Translations under genes and position numbers: made by a program
The notes under the pieces: generated by a model
Database searches by the model: none
What the model saw: the letters and a program-made list of their open reading frames with translations, nothing else
What the model was told of the DNA's origin: nothing
DNA from: Azolla caroliniana
Taxonomy: Eukaryota; Plantae; Polypodiophyta
Assembly: GCA_043228905.1 (NCBI GenBank)
Contig: JBHGNT010000048.1
Coordinates: forward strand, 62,001 to 126,000
DNA: 64,000 nucleotides
Direction of reading: 5' to 3'
Part shown: in pieces, positions 22,370 through 35,135 of the stretch
Position numbering within the stretch: the stretch's first letter is position 1
Layout of the letters: the number at the start of each line of letters is the position of its first letter

Positions 22370-24961
22370 ATGTATAAAAGAGATGGAACAAAAAGACAGA
22401 GAAATTATGGCACTGAGAGGCTTCCCATCTCCTTGATGCCAAATTATAGCACTTTGGGCGACGAAGCCATAGCTATTCTGGAGAAGAAACATCACAATGG
22501 CTTCTCCCTGTGCAAAAACCTGCTTTACAATTCAATACAGAGATCTAATATCAACCTCTCGCAAGCTCAGAGACTTCATTCTCTCTTCATCTCTCATGAA
22601 TCTTTGACTTCTTCTTCTTCTTCTTCTCTGGCTGATGTTTTTATTGGCTTGTTTGGGTCTTTTAATAGGCTTCTTGAAGCTAACCTTTTGTTCCATCAGG
22701 TGAAGAAGAAGACTTTATTCACATGGGAAGCTATGATTTCTTCTCATTCTGTGGAGGCAGAGCATTTGAGAGCTCTTTACCTGTATCAGGAGATGGAACA
22801 AAGTGACGATGGGTTTCTTTTCCCAGGTAAGAAAATATTGTCTTGTGTGTTGAAATCATGTAGTAATGGTAGATTTTCAAGTGAAGGGATGCTTATCCAT
22901 GATAAGGTTATCAGAGAGAATCTTGAAAGTGAAATCTACATTGGAAGTAGCTTGATTGATATGTATGCTAAATGTGGTCATACATATGAAGCTCAGAAAG
23001 TGTTTGATAAATTGCCCGATCGGAATGAAGTTACGTGGAATACATTGATTTCAGGTTATGCCCAATTTGGTCATGATTTATCTGCTATGAATCTATTCGT
23101 AAAAATGCATCAGAATGGTGTAAAGGCTGGGAAAGTGACATTTCTGTGCCTGCTAAAGTTATGTTGTAGCAAATCACGATCCATTTATTCCGGTAGATTG
23201 TTACATAATCTTATTATTGAAGGTGGGTTCGAATCCGAGATTGCCATAGGAAGCGCATTGGTGGATATGTATTCTAAGTGTGGAAATATAGAAGAAGCTC
23301 ACTCTACATTCGTCAAAATCTCTAACAAGAACAAAGTAACTTGGGGAGCTATGATTTCAGCTTATGCTCAACACGGGTATGGTCATCTCGCTATTGAAAG
23401 TTTTAATGAGATGCAACAAATGGGTATTAAGCCAGACGAGGTTCTGTTCTCATGTGTATTGAAAGGTTTGGCTGATATAGGATTGATTGAAAAGGGTATG
23501 CAAACACACAATCAAATCATAGTTTATGGGCTTGATGGAGATTTAGTTCTTGGAACTGCCCTCATTGACATGTATATTAATTGTAGAGATCCATCTTCAG
23601 CATATAGTGTGTTTAAAGCGTTGCCTTGTCAAAATGTGATTACTTGGAGTGCAATAATTTCAGGATATGTTGAGCATGGCCATATACCTGATGCTCTACA
23701 ACTTTTTGAGGAAATGCATAAACATGGCATAAAACCAGATATGGTAGCATTTCTTTGTCTCTTGCAAGCGTGTACTACTACCCCCCCTAGGTACTTACCT
23801 GATGGTATGATTATACATTTCTATGTTATAGAAATGGGGCTGGAAACTGATTCAAAGCTTGAAAATGGCCTTGTTGACATGTATTCAAAATGTGGGATGC
23901 TCAAAGATACCCAGAAAATGTGTGACTTGTTGCCATTTCAAAGAGCCGATGTGTTGAATAAGAAGATTTCAGCATATGCTCAACTAGGACAGGATGATGT
24001 GGTTCTTAAACTGTTTGGAAGAATGCAATATGATGACTTGAACCAGGGAATAGATACAGTTTTACTCGTGTTGAAATCATGTGCTACTGAAGAAGACTTA
24101 TGGATTGGTCAAAAAATCCATAAATGGATAGCAAAGAAAAAATTGGAGTTGGATCTGATTTTGGGTAATACTCTTCTCAATATGTATGTTAAATGTGGTG
24201 CTTTGGAAGAAGCCCATGAAGTATTCAATGAGATGAGAATTAAGGATGTAGTTTCATGGGGTATCATAATTGCAGGTTATGCTGAATGCGACCATGGAAA
24301 CCATGCTCTCCGCCTCTTTAAGAGAATGCAAGACGAAGGCCTAGAACCTGATAATGTCGCGTTTTCATGTGTTTTGAGAGCATGTGGATCGATGGGGTCA
24401 ATCGAACAAGGAAAGATCGTCCATGACCAGTTCCTTAGAAGTGGGCTTGTGTTAGATTCAGTTGCTGGAAACATCATTGTTGACATGTATGCAAAATGTG
24501 GTAGCCTACAAGATGCTTGGAAAATGTTTTATGCTTTACCTGAACGAACCAAGGTCTCTTGGAACTCTATAATCTCTGCTTGCGCTCATCATGGGATGTA
24601 CCATTTAGTAGAACATTGCCTTGTTGAAATGGAACAAAAAGGTTTAAAACCAAGTGATGCGACATATAACTGTATATTCACTGCATGCAGTCATGCTGGG
24701 CAAGTTGAAGAAGGTAGAAAGTTCTTTAATTCTATGGTCGAAGATGATCATGTTACACCCTCAACAGAGCACTTTAATTGTGTATCAGATATTTTTGCCC
24801 GAGCAGGGTGTCTTCAAGAGGCTGAAGAGCTTCTTCAAATCCTTCCGGTTCTACCTAGTGCAACTAGTCAGACATCGTTGCTGACAGCATGCAAAATCCA
24901 TAGTAATTTACGTGTCGGATTTGGATGCTATGGAGACCCTCTTGCGCAGTCAATAAGATGA
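22370..24961 (+). CDS. PLS-class pentatricopeptide repeat protein, truncated E domain, no DYW (863 aa; true start may be further downstream)
   Basis: repeated SLIDMYAKCG / VTWN.LISGY / F..VLKAC motifs; ends FTACSHAG..EG..F..HFNC..D..ARAG.L.EA..SLLTACKIH. Confidence 0.93.
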   Translation: MYKRDGTKRQRNYGTERLPISLMPNYSTLGDEAIAILEKKHHNGFSLCKNLLYNSIQRSNINLSQAQRLHSLFISHESLTSSSSSSLADVFIGLFGSFNRLLEANLLFHQVKKKTLFTWEAMISSHSVEAEHLRALYLYQEMEQSDDGFLFPGKKILSCVLKSCSNGRFSSEGMLIHDKVIRENLESEIYIGSSLIDMYAKCGHTYEAQKVFDKLPDRNEVTWNTLISGYAQFGHDLSAMNLFVKMHQNGVKAGKVTFLCLLKLCCSKSRSIYSGRLLHNLIIEGGFESEIAIGSALVDMYSKCGNIEEAHSTFVKISNKNKVTWGAMISAYAQHGYGHLAIESFNEMQQMGIKPDEVLFSCVLKGLADIGLIEKGMQTHNQIIVYGLDGDLVLGTALIDMYINCRDPSSAYSVFKALPCQNVITWSAIISGYVEHGHIPDALQLFEEMHKHGIKPDMVAFLCLLQACTTTPPRYLPDGMIIHFYVIEMGLETDSKLENGLVDMYSKCGMLKDTQKMCDLLPFQRADVLNKKISAYAQLGQDDVVLKLFGRMQYDDLNQGIDTVLLVLKSCATEEDLWIGQKIHKWIAKKKLELDLILGNTLLNMYVKCGALEEAHEVFNEMRIKDVVSWGIIIAGYAECDHGNHALRLFKRMQDEGLEPDNVAFSCVLRACGSMGSIEQGKIVHDQFLRSGLVLDSVAGNIIVDMYAKCGSLQDAWKMFYALPERTKVSWNSIISACAHHGMYHLVEHCLVEMEQKGLKPSDATYNCIFTACSHAGQVEEGRKFFNSMVEDDHVTPSTEHFNCVSDIFARAGCLQEAEELLQILPVLPSATSQTSLLTACKIHSNLRVGFGCYGDPLAQSIR

Positions 24962-25144
24962 CATGAAAGAAACATGCTTTTTAGATGAATCTTGAAACAA
25001 GGACATCTCTGGAGATCTTGCCTAAAATCCGTTGCATTTCATCAAGTAATAATGCTTTTGCATCAAACTATGGATTACATGGTTGGAAAGCACCTGACTA
25101 GAAAAGCATAGTCACAATCATGTGCATTGGGTAGCAAAGTATGT

Positions 25145-25565
25145 GAGAAAATCAAGTCGATGAACTGCAAATCATATAACTCGTGGGCTCTCTTCTCTGA
25201 CTAGAAGCATAGTCACAACCATGCACATCTAGTGTCAAAAATTTGACAAGATCAAGATAAAGGGAAATGATTCAATTTCGTATTAACGATTTTTGCCAGA
25301 CATAAATTTAAGAGTCAGAATGACGAGTGGTTTGCTTGTGTCCACAAAAAAGAGCGCGTCACCACAAGTGAGAAAATCAAATTGATGAACTACAAACCAT
25401 AGAGCTGGTGGGCTCTTTGACTTGAAGCATGGTCACAATCATGTGCATCTGGTAGCAAAACTGTGACAGTATCAAGATCAAGGGAAATAATTAAATTTCC
25501 TAACAACAATTTTCGCCAAACGTAAATCTAAGAGTTGAATGACAAGTGGTTTTGCTCAGACCCAT
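25145..25565. repeat. diverged ~220-bp tandem duplication
   Basis: GTGAGAAAATCAA..GATGAACT..GTGGGCTCT..ATCAAGAT.AAGGGAAAT..AAGAGT..GTGGTTTGCT occurs twice. Confidence 0.8.
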
Positions 25566-26167
25566 AAAGGCCCACAAGGGAAGTGTCTCCACAGGTTCCA
25601 CAAACACAAACTTGTTTTTGGTTGAGAGACTTATTGAGTACTTCCATTGTGTAGAGCCCTTATTGGTGATGAGTGCGCTCGGCCTATGCACAAGGAAACA
25701 AACATTTCACTTGTGGAGAGCTCTGCCTATGCAAAGGGGCACAAAGGGGTGCCTTCATAGGTTCCATGAGGAAACAAACATTTCTCCTGGAGCTCCTTGC
25801 CAACAACACCTTCTTGTTGAGCCAAGTGGAAGATTAAACTCACCGTTGGCTTACTAATTTAACGTATGAGTATATGCTTACAAATAAGCTAAGGTTAAGT
25901 TTATTTTCAAGGAGTTTCATAGATTATGAGGAAGGTGGTTATAATTTCGGTAAGTTACAATAGGCTTTTCACAAATTTAACCAAATTATACAATGTATGA
26001 GCCACTTTACATAGGGTGAAATGAAATTTAAACTAAGAAATACTTGGGGGGATTTGATTCGAATTATTGATTCTATGATCGATGGCTTTGTTGCCTCGGT
26101 CATTGTAGGCCACCCTTGCCTCCCTTGTTGCAAAACCGCCAATCAATAATTAGAGATCAATCAATTA

Positions 26168-26230
26168 GTGGGTTTCAAACCCTTGACCTCTCCAAGGGCA
26201 ATTATTAGAGATCACCGTTTGAGCTAAGCC
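26168..26230 (-). other. degenerate tRNA-like/SINE head
   Basis: minus strand GGCTTAGCTCAAACGGT...GAGAGGTCAAGGGTTTGAAACCC, similar to the head at 22262-22326. Confidence 0.45.
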
Positions 26231-27459
26231 TTTGTTGTTGTCTTAACCTAAACCCTAAACCTTTGTTCTTCTTCTTTCCTTTGGTAACCTATTCGACCAA
26301 ATCTTGACACTTTCTAAAACTTGCCCTTTTAATGTTTTTCTCCCTTCACACTATTGCATCATGATAATGCATCAAGGAACATTAAGAGATCGTTCGTTTA
26401 ATAAGTGATACATACATGATCAAACAGAATGTGGAGAATGGAACCCAAATATATGTTATTTATTAAATTCTATACATGTCTTTTAAAATGTAGGCTGCTC
26501 TCTTTGGAAGCATCTTATATGTTTTAAAGACAATTGCATCAAGAGCATCCTTAAAAGAGTTTGGTTTAAAACCACACCTTTGGCCTTAAAGAGAATCCTA
26601 ATACAAGCATATTACATTAACAACTTAAAGCTTAGTGGGTTTTCAAACAAGAGGAAATCTCTTTAATAATCTCAAGATAAGATTAATCCAAACATCAAGA
26701 CGGCACAATCCTTTATTCTAGAGTATTTTCACCATGGATGGTCATGGCACTACTTTCTTATGACTAAATACACATTATGCACATAATTTTATTGAGGTAA
26801 TACTCGTTACCATTATCAATATATTAAGCTGATGATAATTAACACACAATGTGCTAATAATAATATGTTATTTATGTAAAACATGTGTTGCATTTATTCA
26901 TAAACGATTGCTTTACACTCGTGATACATGATATCTTATATAGCTTGGGGCCATTGATTAGATGGATTTCATTGAAGAAAATATACGTGATTGAAATACC
27001 AAATTGGAAAGTTGATGAGCATCTAGGTTTAATGGAGAAAGAATTCCCTATTATATTTCTTTAATATTCAAGGGCATGTTTTGATTCAACTTGTTCGAGG
27101 AGATCGAAATTGCATGTGTAGTTAAAACACCCCATCGGGTGTTTAAGGCGGAAAGGTTTATATGTGTGTTTGGCGAGGTTTGTGCACCGAAGATCATGAG
27201 TGGAGGGACCGATGGCAATGCTATGAAGTCAATGAGTCATAATGAATTGTATGCACCACATCTCCGAGTATTCGCCAAACGTGTGCCAGAGATGCACTTG
27301 TCACTTGGGGCACATTAGTTGAGGAGGTAAGAAACGATGCTACAGAGGAAGTGTTTCCCGGTGGACCGGCGCATGTCCCGACCTTCACATGAAGAACAAG
27401 AGAATGTGTGGCGACGTTTTTAGTTTGAATGATTCTGAATGCGTGCTTGCATGCGCTCA

Positions 27460-27770
27460 AAAAGCAAGAAGCAAGAAGCAAAAGCAAAAGCAAGAAGCAA
27501 ATGCAAAAGCAAGAAGCAAATGCAAAAGCAAGAAGCAAGAAGCAAGAAGCAAGAACAAGCACCAAGCAGGAAGCAAGAAGCAAAAAATGAAAAAGTAGGG
27601 AACCAAGAATATAAAAGAAGAAGAACCAAAAAGCAAAAAGCAAAAGGCAAGAAGAGGAAAGAAGAAAGAAGCAAAAAGCAAAAAGCAAAAAGCAAAAAGC
27701 AAAAAGCAAGAATGGAAAACAAGGAAAAAGCAAAGAATGGCAAAAATCAAAATGCGAACACAAAAAAGAG
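27460..27770. repeat. (AAGCAAA/AAGCAAG)n low-complexity minisatellite
   Basis: directly visible; explains the overlapping K-rich and F/L-rich spurious ORFs. Confidence 0.92.
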
Positions 27771-27857
27771 GAGATTTTTCTTGGCTTTTCTTGTGGAGAA
27801 GGAGGAAGCGATGGTGATTCACCTTCTTCTCCTCATGTGCCTACATGGCGACAGGGG

Positions 27858-30800
27858 ATGCCTCTGATAGCCACGGAAGCTCGTCGCTTGCATCGCAGAG
27901 CTATTACTAAAAGAGCTCAGATGCTCACGCCAAACAGTGGAAGCAATGGTCACGCTCCTCCTGCGCAACAGCCATGGAAGGTTCAGATAGAGCATGCTGA
28001 TTTTCCCATGTGTAGGTTAGGAGGTTTTTCTTACCCTGCTCCTGTTGCAATGCTTGATCAAACCCAGAAAGGTATTTGAGCTTCTTCTTCTTATTGTTTG
28101 TGCTCTTTGTTTCTTAATACTTGAAGCTTAGGGTTACAATGGTTAGTGTCAGGGATAGATTTTTGGTTTGGAATTAGGACCGAATGGTTAGGTTAGGGTT
28201 AAGGCCAGTATGATTAGATTTAGAGTGAAGGATAGGCTTATGGTTAATTTTAGAGCATTCAGAATTAGTTCCGGAATGGTTAGGGTTAAGATAGAATGGT
28301 TAAGTTTAGGTTTAGGGCTAAAATAACTAGAGATAGGGCTACAATGATCAGGGTTGAGGATGAGATTAAAATGGTTGGAGTTTGAGCTAGAATGACTAGG
28401 GTTAGGACTAAGGTCAGAATAGTGAGGGTGAGGGTTAGGGTTGCTAAAGTTATTTCCCTAAAAGTATAACCCTTATGGTTAAAGCACCGAGGCATGCTCC
28501 CTTTTGAGAAAGATATACTCTCCTGTTTTCTGCTGGATGTGTGCTTCATCAGTGACAGAATCCAACAATCTCTACTTTCAATTTCAAGATTTGTTTAAGT
28601 TAGTTTTAAAATAGTCTGCTTTTTGAACACCGATTGTCCATCTTAACTCTACACTTAAACCAAAACCAACCCTGACCATCTGTACTACCCTAACAGTAAC
28701 CATTCTATGCCTAGGTCCTAGCCCTAAATGTAACCATTCTACCCCTAACCACAACCATTCTTATCCTATACCATAGTCATTCTAACCCTGATCATAACCA
28801 CGTCCTAAGTTTGGTTCACACATTACTATCACCATTTATCAACAAATCCCCCACTCATATATAGGAAGTGCCAAGCTATGAGGAATGATATCAATCCTCA
28901 AAAAGTAGTACGCCAAAAGCTTTGCGAAAAGCTTTAAACTTCTTCCTAAGCAGAGCCTTTGTGCAAAGGTCTCGAACATTATCTTATGTTGTTTTGTATT
29001 TCTTGCTTGATATAATGTAATAATAGTATTGCAAGAATTTTTTGTCCTTTTGCATGAGCGAGTGTAAGGAATAATAGCATGTTTGGTAGTCAGTGCTGTC
29101 AATGCAAGTATGTGTACTGTCTGCCAGCAGGGCCCAGAAGTTGTATTTGCAAGTGTTGGAGGATGTATGCAACACCCTGCACAATGTTTCATAAGCCTTT
29201 TGCCACCAATACACGTCTCATCATATAATCCTACAATTGGTTGGATCCATCCGTTTATCCATAACAGGCAGCATCTGGAACACATCATTGTTCTCATTCA
29301 TTGCAAGTGGCTAAGTGATCAAATAACCTTATGTGAAAAAGACTATATTTCAAGAGAGATTCAGACAGAAATAGCGAACAGAGTGCAAATACCTGTAGGT
29401 GATGACAAGATGCATAGCTCAGATGTTGACAACGACCTAAAAGCAATGGTGACCTGCTCTGAGCCAACTGTTGGATTCTGTCATTGGAGAAGCACATAGG
29501 GAGCAGAAAACATGAGAGTAAATCTTTCTCAAAAGGAAGCATGCCTCAGTTCCTTAACGATTAGAGTTATACTTTTGTAGTAAGGTAAACAACTCTGAAA
29601 GATGTAAAAATAGTTCTAGCTATCTTAAGCGTGTTCACACACATTATCTGAAATTGTGTTCCCACATCAGTATCACAATATGTCAACCGAGATGATATGT
29701 TTATCCATGTTACAGTTTAGGGTTAGTTTTAAGCCTGCACAAAACCTGAATTTGGAGTAATTTGCTTCTACTTTATTCCAAATATTACCGTCAAATCTTG
29801 AAATTCAAGGTGTCAAATTTCCAAATTTGAGAATGTTTACACATTAGGGTTAGGGAAGCGCATGCCACTAAAATGTCCATTCCATGGTTTTATGAACCAT
29901 TAGAGGGAATAGAGCAAGAAATGGTAGAAGGAAACATGATAGACAATAAACGGCTGAAAAGTTGCCTTTCCCTTGTGTCTGTGGATCTAGACAAGGGAAT
30001 GGAACAAGAAATGGTAGAAGGAAACATGATAGAGAATAGACGGCTGAAAATGTCTTTCCCTAGTGTGGCTGCGCCATAAACCCTCTTCCAAGATATAAAA
30101 TCAAAACAGTATTTGTCTTTCCATGTCTTAGTAATCGAAGAATTCAGGTTTGTAGATGGTATTTATCTTCTCAATGTATTAGTCTAGATCATGAGAGAAC
30201 TTGTAAAAAGCTAGAGAATAAAGTTCTATGCAGCAGAATAGATTAAGGTATATGTGTGTGTGAGGGAAAAGAGAGATAAACAATACAACCAGGTTAACAA
30301 AGACTAAATATTTTAGCGAAACGGGGAATGATTATATAACAATAACAATTAAGCAACTATATAACTAAATTATAATCCAGTGTAAATAAACAATAATCAA
30401 CATTTGATACAAGTGGAGAGGATTGGTTTATTTAGGATGTATGTGTAAGTACACATAGTTGTGGCAATCAATTTAATAATGATGGGAGAATGTGTGGAAT
30501 ATCGAAAATATCCACTTCATTAATGCAAATGCATTTCCCATTTGTTGGATCAGTGGCAGATTTTAGCTTATACAGGATTCAAGTAGTGGTTGTTATTGCA
30601 ACACAAATTATCTCTCAGATATCTTTCATGGTATAAGTTGATGTCTGATAGCTAAATGATTTGTTAGAACTAGTTGGCTAACTCTCGTTAACATATTTAT
30701 GGGTTGTATAATGCTCTAAAAAGGTTATTTAATACACTTGTTTGATTTCTATAACCCAGAAAGGATGGCTCGCAATCGGGAGCAAGCACTTCGTCGTTTA

Positions 30801-33105
30801 CACAGTAGGCAGTTCAAGGGGCGAGCACACTCTGAGACAGCAATATCAACTACTCATTGCAGTGTGAGCCAAACCTCAAGCTTGCCTGATATTGCTAATG
30901 CATTGTATACTAAGAAAGATAGGTATATGCCCTTGGAGGACACAAACGGAATTCAACAAGATTGTAATTTGTTTGGTAATGTGGAGAGTGGACCCAAGGT
31001 TAGATCCACTCGAGTAAGTCCGACCTGCCAGATGGTGATTGAAACTTCTAATGTCAACCATGAAAGTCAGGATGCTCTGAAGGCACAGGACTTTGACTAT
31101 GTAGTGGTAATTGATTTTGAAGCGACTTGTGATAAGGACATGAATGGTCTGAAACCGCAAGAAATAATTGAATTTCCAGCTGTGATTGTGGATTGCCGAA
31201 GACTGACTTTAGGAGATAGCTTTCAGACTTATGTTAAGCCAGTTCATCATCCAATCCTGACAGATTTTTGCAGAAACCTTACGGGTATTAACCAAGATCA
31301 GGTGCTTGTGTCTTTTGAAGGGCTGTTTGAAGTCTTTTATTTATTTATTGTGTCTTGCCGTTATTCATTTCTTGTGATTATAGGTGGACAAGGGCATTTC
31401 TCTGGCAGAAGCTCTCAATTGGCATGACAAATGGCTGGAGGATAATGGAGTCAAGGACAAGAAATTTGCAATTTTAATATGGTCAGATTGGGATTGCAAG
31501 ACTATGTTGGAATCCGAATGCAAGTTGAAAGGTCTCAATAAGCCACGATATTTCAACAGGTAACAATATAGATAATGTATGCTGACACGAAACCATGTAT
31601 TTTAGAATGCTGGTATGTTTATGATTAGTCAAATTAGGATGTTAAGAAGCGCCAGATATCAGATTGTTTTTGGATTGTGTGTAAGTTGATAAAATCTTCT
31701 TCAAATTTTGATATATGCATTATTTCTAGAACAATATGGATAATGTATGCTGACACGAAACCATGTATTTTAGAATGCTGGTATGTTTATGATTAGTCAA
31801 ATTAGGATGTTAAGAAGCACCAGATATCAGATTGTTTTTGGATTGTGTGTAAGTTGATAAAATCTTCTTCAAATTTTTATATATGCATTATTTCTAGATG
31901 GTGAACATTTAAAAAATAATCAAGATTCATATAACTAATATATGTATGAGATGGTGAAAAATTATGTACAAACCTGACGTTAAGTAGGCAACTCTTAAGA
32001 TTTTCCTTTGAGTAGGTAGCAATACCTTTGTATGTATATATATGTAAATATATTCATTTCATGATTCTTTCTCAACACAATACTGTGGACTGAAAGAATG
32101 TGCTGAAGGCATTTACCTTCAAGCTTACTTGTAGCACAAATGGAGATTTACATGATACAATATGTGATCAAGTGAATGTTCAGTCTTCCCAAACCTTTTA
32201 AGAGGTCATTGTTGTAGAATGCCCATGATGAGGACTATAGCTATAGCTTTCGGTGGAGGAATGGGTTTAAGAATTTGGTGTATGTTTTTTTTAAATATAG
32301 CACAAGGCACTAACTAAATTTTATTTTTAGTGGGCGTAAAATCTATTGATATATTTGGTTGATGTTTTTTACAGTAGCTCAATGCACTACCTAAAATTTC
32401 ATTTTAATGGATATAAAATTTATTGATATATTTGGTTGATGTTTTTTACAGTAGTTCAATGCATTACCCAAAATTTCATTTTAATGGATGTAAAATCTAT
32501 TAGCATCACAGGCTAAATTATTCTTATTAAGCACTTGCTTATATGTAGCTAATGATGTGTTAAGGTGGATCAACTTAAAAGTTCTATTCCAAAATGTTTT
32601 CAATGGGCGAAAATGCAATCTTCGAAAAGCAGTCGAAGCTTCTGGTTTGAAATGGAATGGACGTGCACACTGTGGTCTTGATGATGCTTTGAATACAGCC
32701 CGGCTTGCATTGGAGCTCATTCGCCGAGGCACTAACTTAAGCATTACAGGTTCAATAGATCCCCAACCTATAGCCACAAAGATAAGGCGTCCTGAATGGC
32801 CAGGAGTAGTCAACATTCAAGCGAGTAGTGGAGGAATGTTTGACTGTACAGATGGTAACAATTCTTTAAGAAATGCTACAAGTAGAAATAAGGATCTAAC
32901 CTCTATTGCTAGCACTAGTGATTTGAGCACAAATGGAACATCAAATACTGGAATAGATTCCATGGTGTGCTATTGTGGTGTTCAGTGCAAGCAGCGAATG
33001 GTGAAAAAACCGGGACCTACGTGTGGTAAATTTTTCTTTGCTTGTGGGAGATGGACAATTGCTGATGGTGACCATTGCAGTTTCTTTGAATGGGCTGTAT
33101 CTTGA
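27858..33105 (+). CDS. ERI2: ERI1/ERI2-family DEDDh 3'-5' exoribonuclease with C-terminal GRF zinc finger
   Basis: exons 27858-28071 (putative, phase-compatible), 30760-31301, 31384-31559, 32565-33105; motifs VVIDFEATC, QEIIEFP, WSDWD, WINLK, GRAHCGLDDA, CYCG..KKPGP..GKFFFACG..CSFFEWA. Exon 1 is less certain. Confidence 0.88.
28130..28445 (+). repeat. degenerate telomere-like (TTAGGG-rich) minisatellite; inverted copy at 28655-28810
   Basis: recurring AGAATGGTTAGGGTT / TTAGGG / TTTAGGG units; CCCTAA / AACCATTCT units at 28655-28810. Confidence 0.75.
28460..29576. repeat. ~108-bp inverted repeat pair (28460-28567 and 29469-29576)
   Basis: AAAAGTATAAC..GAGGCATGCT.CCTTTTGAGAAAGAT.TACTCTC.TGTTTTCTGCT..TGACAGAATCCAACA present on opposite strands. 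Confidence 0.85.
29902..30050. repeat. short direct duplication
   Basis: AGGGAAT.GA.CAAGAAATGGTAGAAGGAAACATGATAGA.AATA.ACGGCTGAAAA twice. Confidence 0.85.
31562..31897. repeat. near-identical ~168-bp tandem duplication in the ERI2 intron
   Basis: AACAATAT.GATAATGTATGCTGACACG...GCATTATTTCTAG twice. Confidence 0.92.
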
Positions 33106-35135
33106 CGTTTGTTTTTCCTTTATGTGATATTAATTTGAGGCATTGTTATGCCAATTCTGGAAATGTAACAAGAAGTAAAATCTGTCATGCTTCATTTGTC
33201 ACCTACATGGGGAATGTGAGACCAAATCATATTGAAACAATTGAGTTTATGTGTGACTGCATGTGAGAATGTGTGATTGCGATGGAGACTATTGGGAATG
33301 TGAGAATGTGTGATTGCGATGGAGACTATTGAGAATGTGAGAATGTGTGACTGCTGTCTATGCAACACACAATTGAGCTACAGATAACAATCATCGCACG
33401 GTTAATTCTAATGGGAATAACTCTTTAATTTTAAGGCAACTATCGTTACATGATATATCTATTTGCAAATTATAGCTGCACAGGTGCATGATCATGCATT
33501 TTGAATATGTGCATGTTGACTAGAAGGTTAAGGTATAACCGGTGCTCACACAGGGTAACAATCTTAATACAACTGAATGTCTTAATTGCTTGCTCACTAT
33601 CAGAATTTTCATTCTCATAGTGGCTTACGGATATGTTTGGCATAGCCACATAAAAGGGCCAAGCAAGGAAAATAAAGTGTTAAGCGCATATATGTTGCTA
33701 CCATGTGAAATGCATTGCGAACATATTATGATGATTTGCCTCCTGATATGTTCATTCGAGCACTCATTATGTCTAGCACATAGGAGGCTATACTTAATAG
33801 GTTATTTAATGACGAGGAGTGGATTCAAAAGGATGGTCAGGAACATATTTACAATGAAGGCACAAACACATCTACTCATAGAATCTAATTGTACTTGGTT
33901 GTCACTTATTTTTCTGTTTTGGACATTGGGTGGGTTTGCTTTTGCAACATGGTGTATGATGCATCTCTAACACAAATGTGTATGATAAAAAGCAGGTGTA
34001 TGCTGCATCTCTAATACAAATGTGTACCATGTCCACCAGCAATATGATGCAATATTAATGCAGATAAAAGAATCGATGATATGTATGAATTTAAGAGACC
34101 AAAGAAATCAAACTGATTAGTTGTATTTGTTTGCGAAAGTATTATAAAGATTAATGATAATGACTGATGATATGTACGAGTTCATAAGAAAATCAATGAA
34201 CGGACTTTTTTCAATAAAAAAGCTGCATCCCTAATACAAATCTGTACCATGTACACCAGTAATATAATGTACTAGTAATGCAGATAAAATAATCTCTACA
34301 AAGAATGACGATATGTACGAATCAGAGAAATTGATCTGAATCAATGTATCTGACTGGTAAAATAACCAAAAAACATTTGGAAGGTCATTTGTTTTTAGAG
34401 CAGAGTCAACCATTGCTTCATCATTTGAATGGTCCTATTTTGTACATTACTTCAAGAGCTGTAGGCAAGTGTGGTTTTCTTAATGACAGAAAGTATTTCG
34501 CTTCCAGTCTCATTATTTGAATGGTCCTTGATTTGTACATTACTTCAAGAGCTGTAGGCAAGTGTGGTTTTCTTAATGACCGAAAGTGTTTAGCTGCCAA
34601 TCAGTTGCGGATTCCATACAAGTGTTTAGCTCTCACAGTCCTCTGTCGGAGCACTTGGTTCTGTCTGCATATTTATAATGTCTCACATTCGCAGGAAGAC
34701 CAGTCATAAGAATTTAGACCATTTTGGGCATCATAATGTGCTTTCAAGTCTTGATCAAGTGTGTGGTTTCAACCACATCTTTCAGCAGATCTGCTCATCA
34801 TTTTTAGGGCATTATCATATGCTTGACTTGAACCAATATATTTAACCAACATTCCCAGGATGGTGATCCTCAACTATCTCACTTTCATCGACCTCATTGA
34901 AACCCACCAATGAAAAATTCATCTACAGAATTTAGGAAGGCTTGTTGTCCATTTTTAGCATTACGGACTTTGCACACCCAAATTCTTAGTATTTATTGCT
35001 CCTTTTTCATTGATGTGCTCGTGTCCAAAGCCTTTCCTGCAGCTATTGATCACACCGGGTTCAAATTGGAAGTGTTCTGGACAAATAAGTAGCACAACAA
35101 CAGGAGAACCTCTTCACCTTAATCAAGTTTCTCTC

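Noticed and set aside
25085-25565. Possible DYW remnant after the first PPR (..SREII..)
   Set aside because: No HxE or CxxC motif in the frames I read; better explained as a tandem duplication
27221-27867. Five overlapping ORFs, K-rich or F/L/C-rich
   Set aside because: Products of the AAGCAAA minisatellite, which lacks stop codons
28130-28810. True telomere or chromosome fusion site
   Set aside because: Repeats are highly degenerate, embedded in a longer minisatellite unit and lie inside an intron
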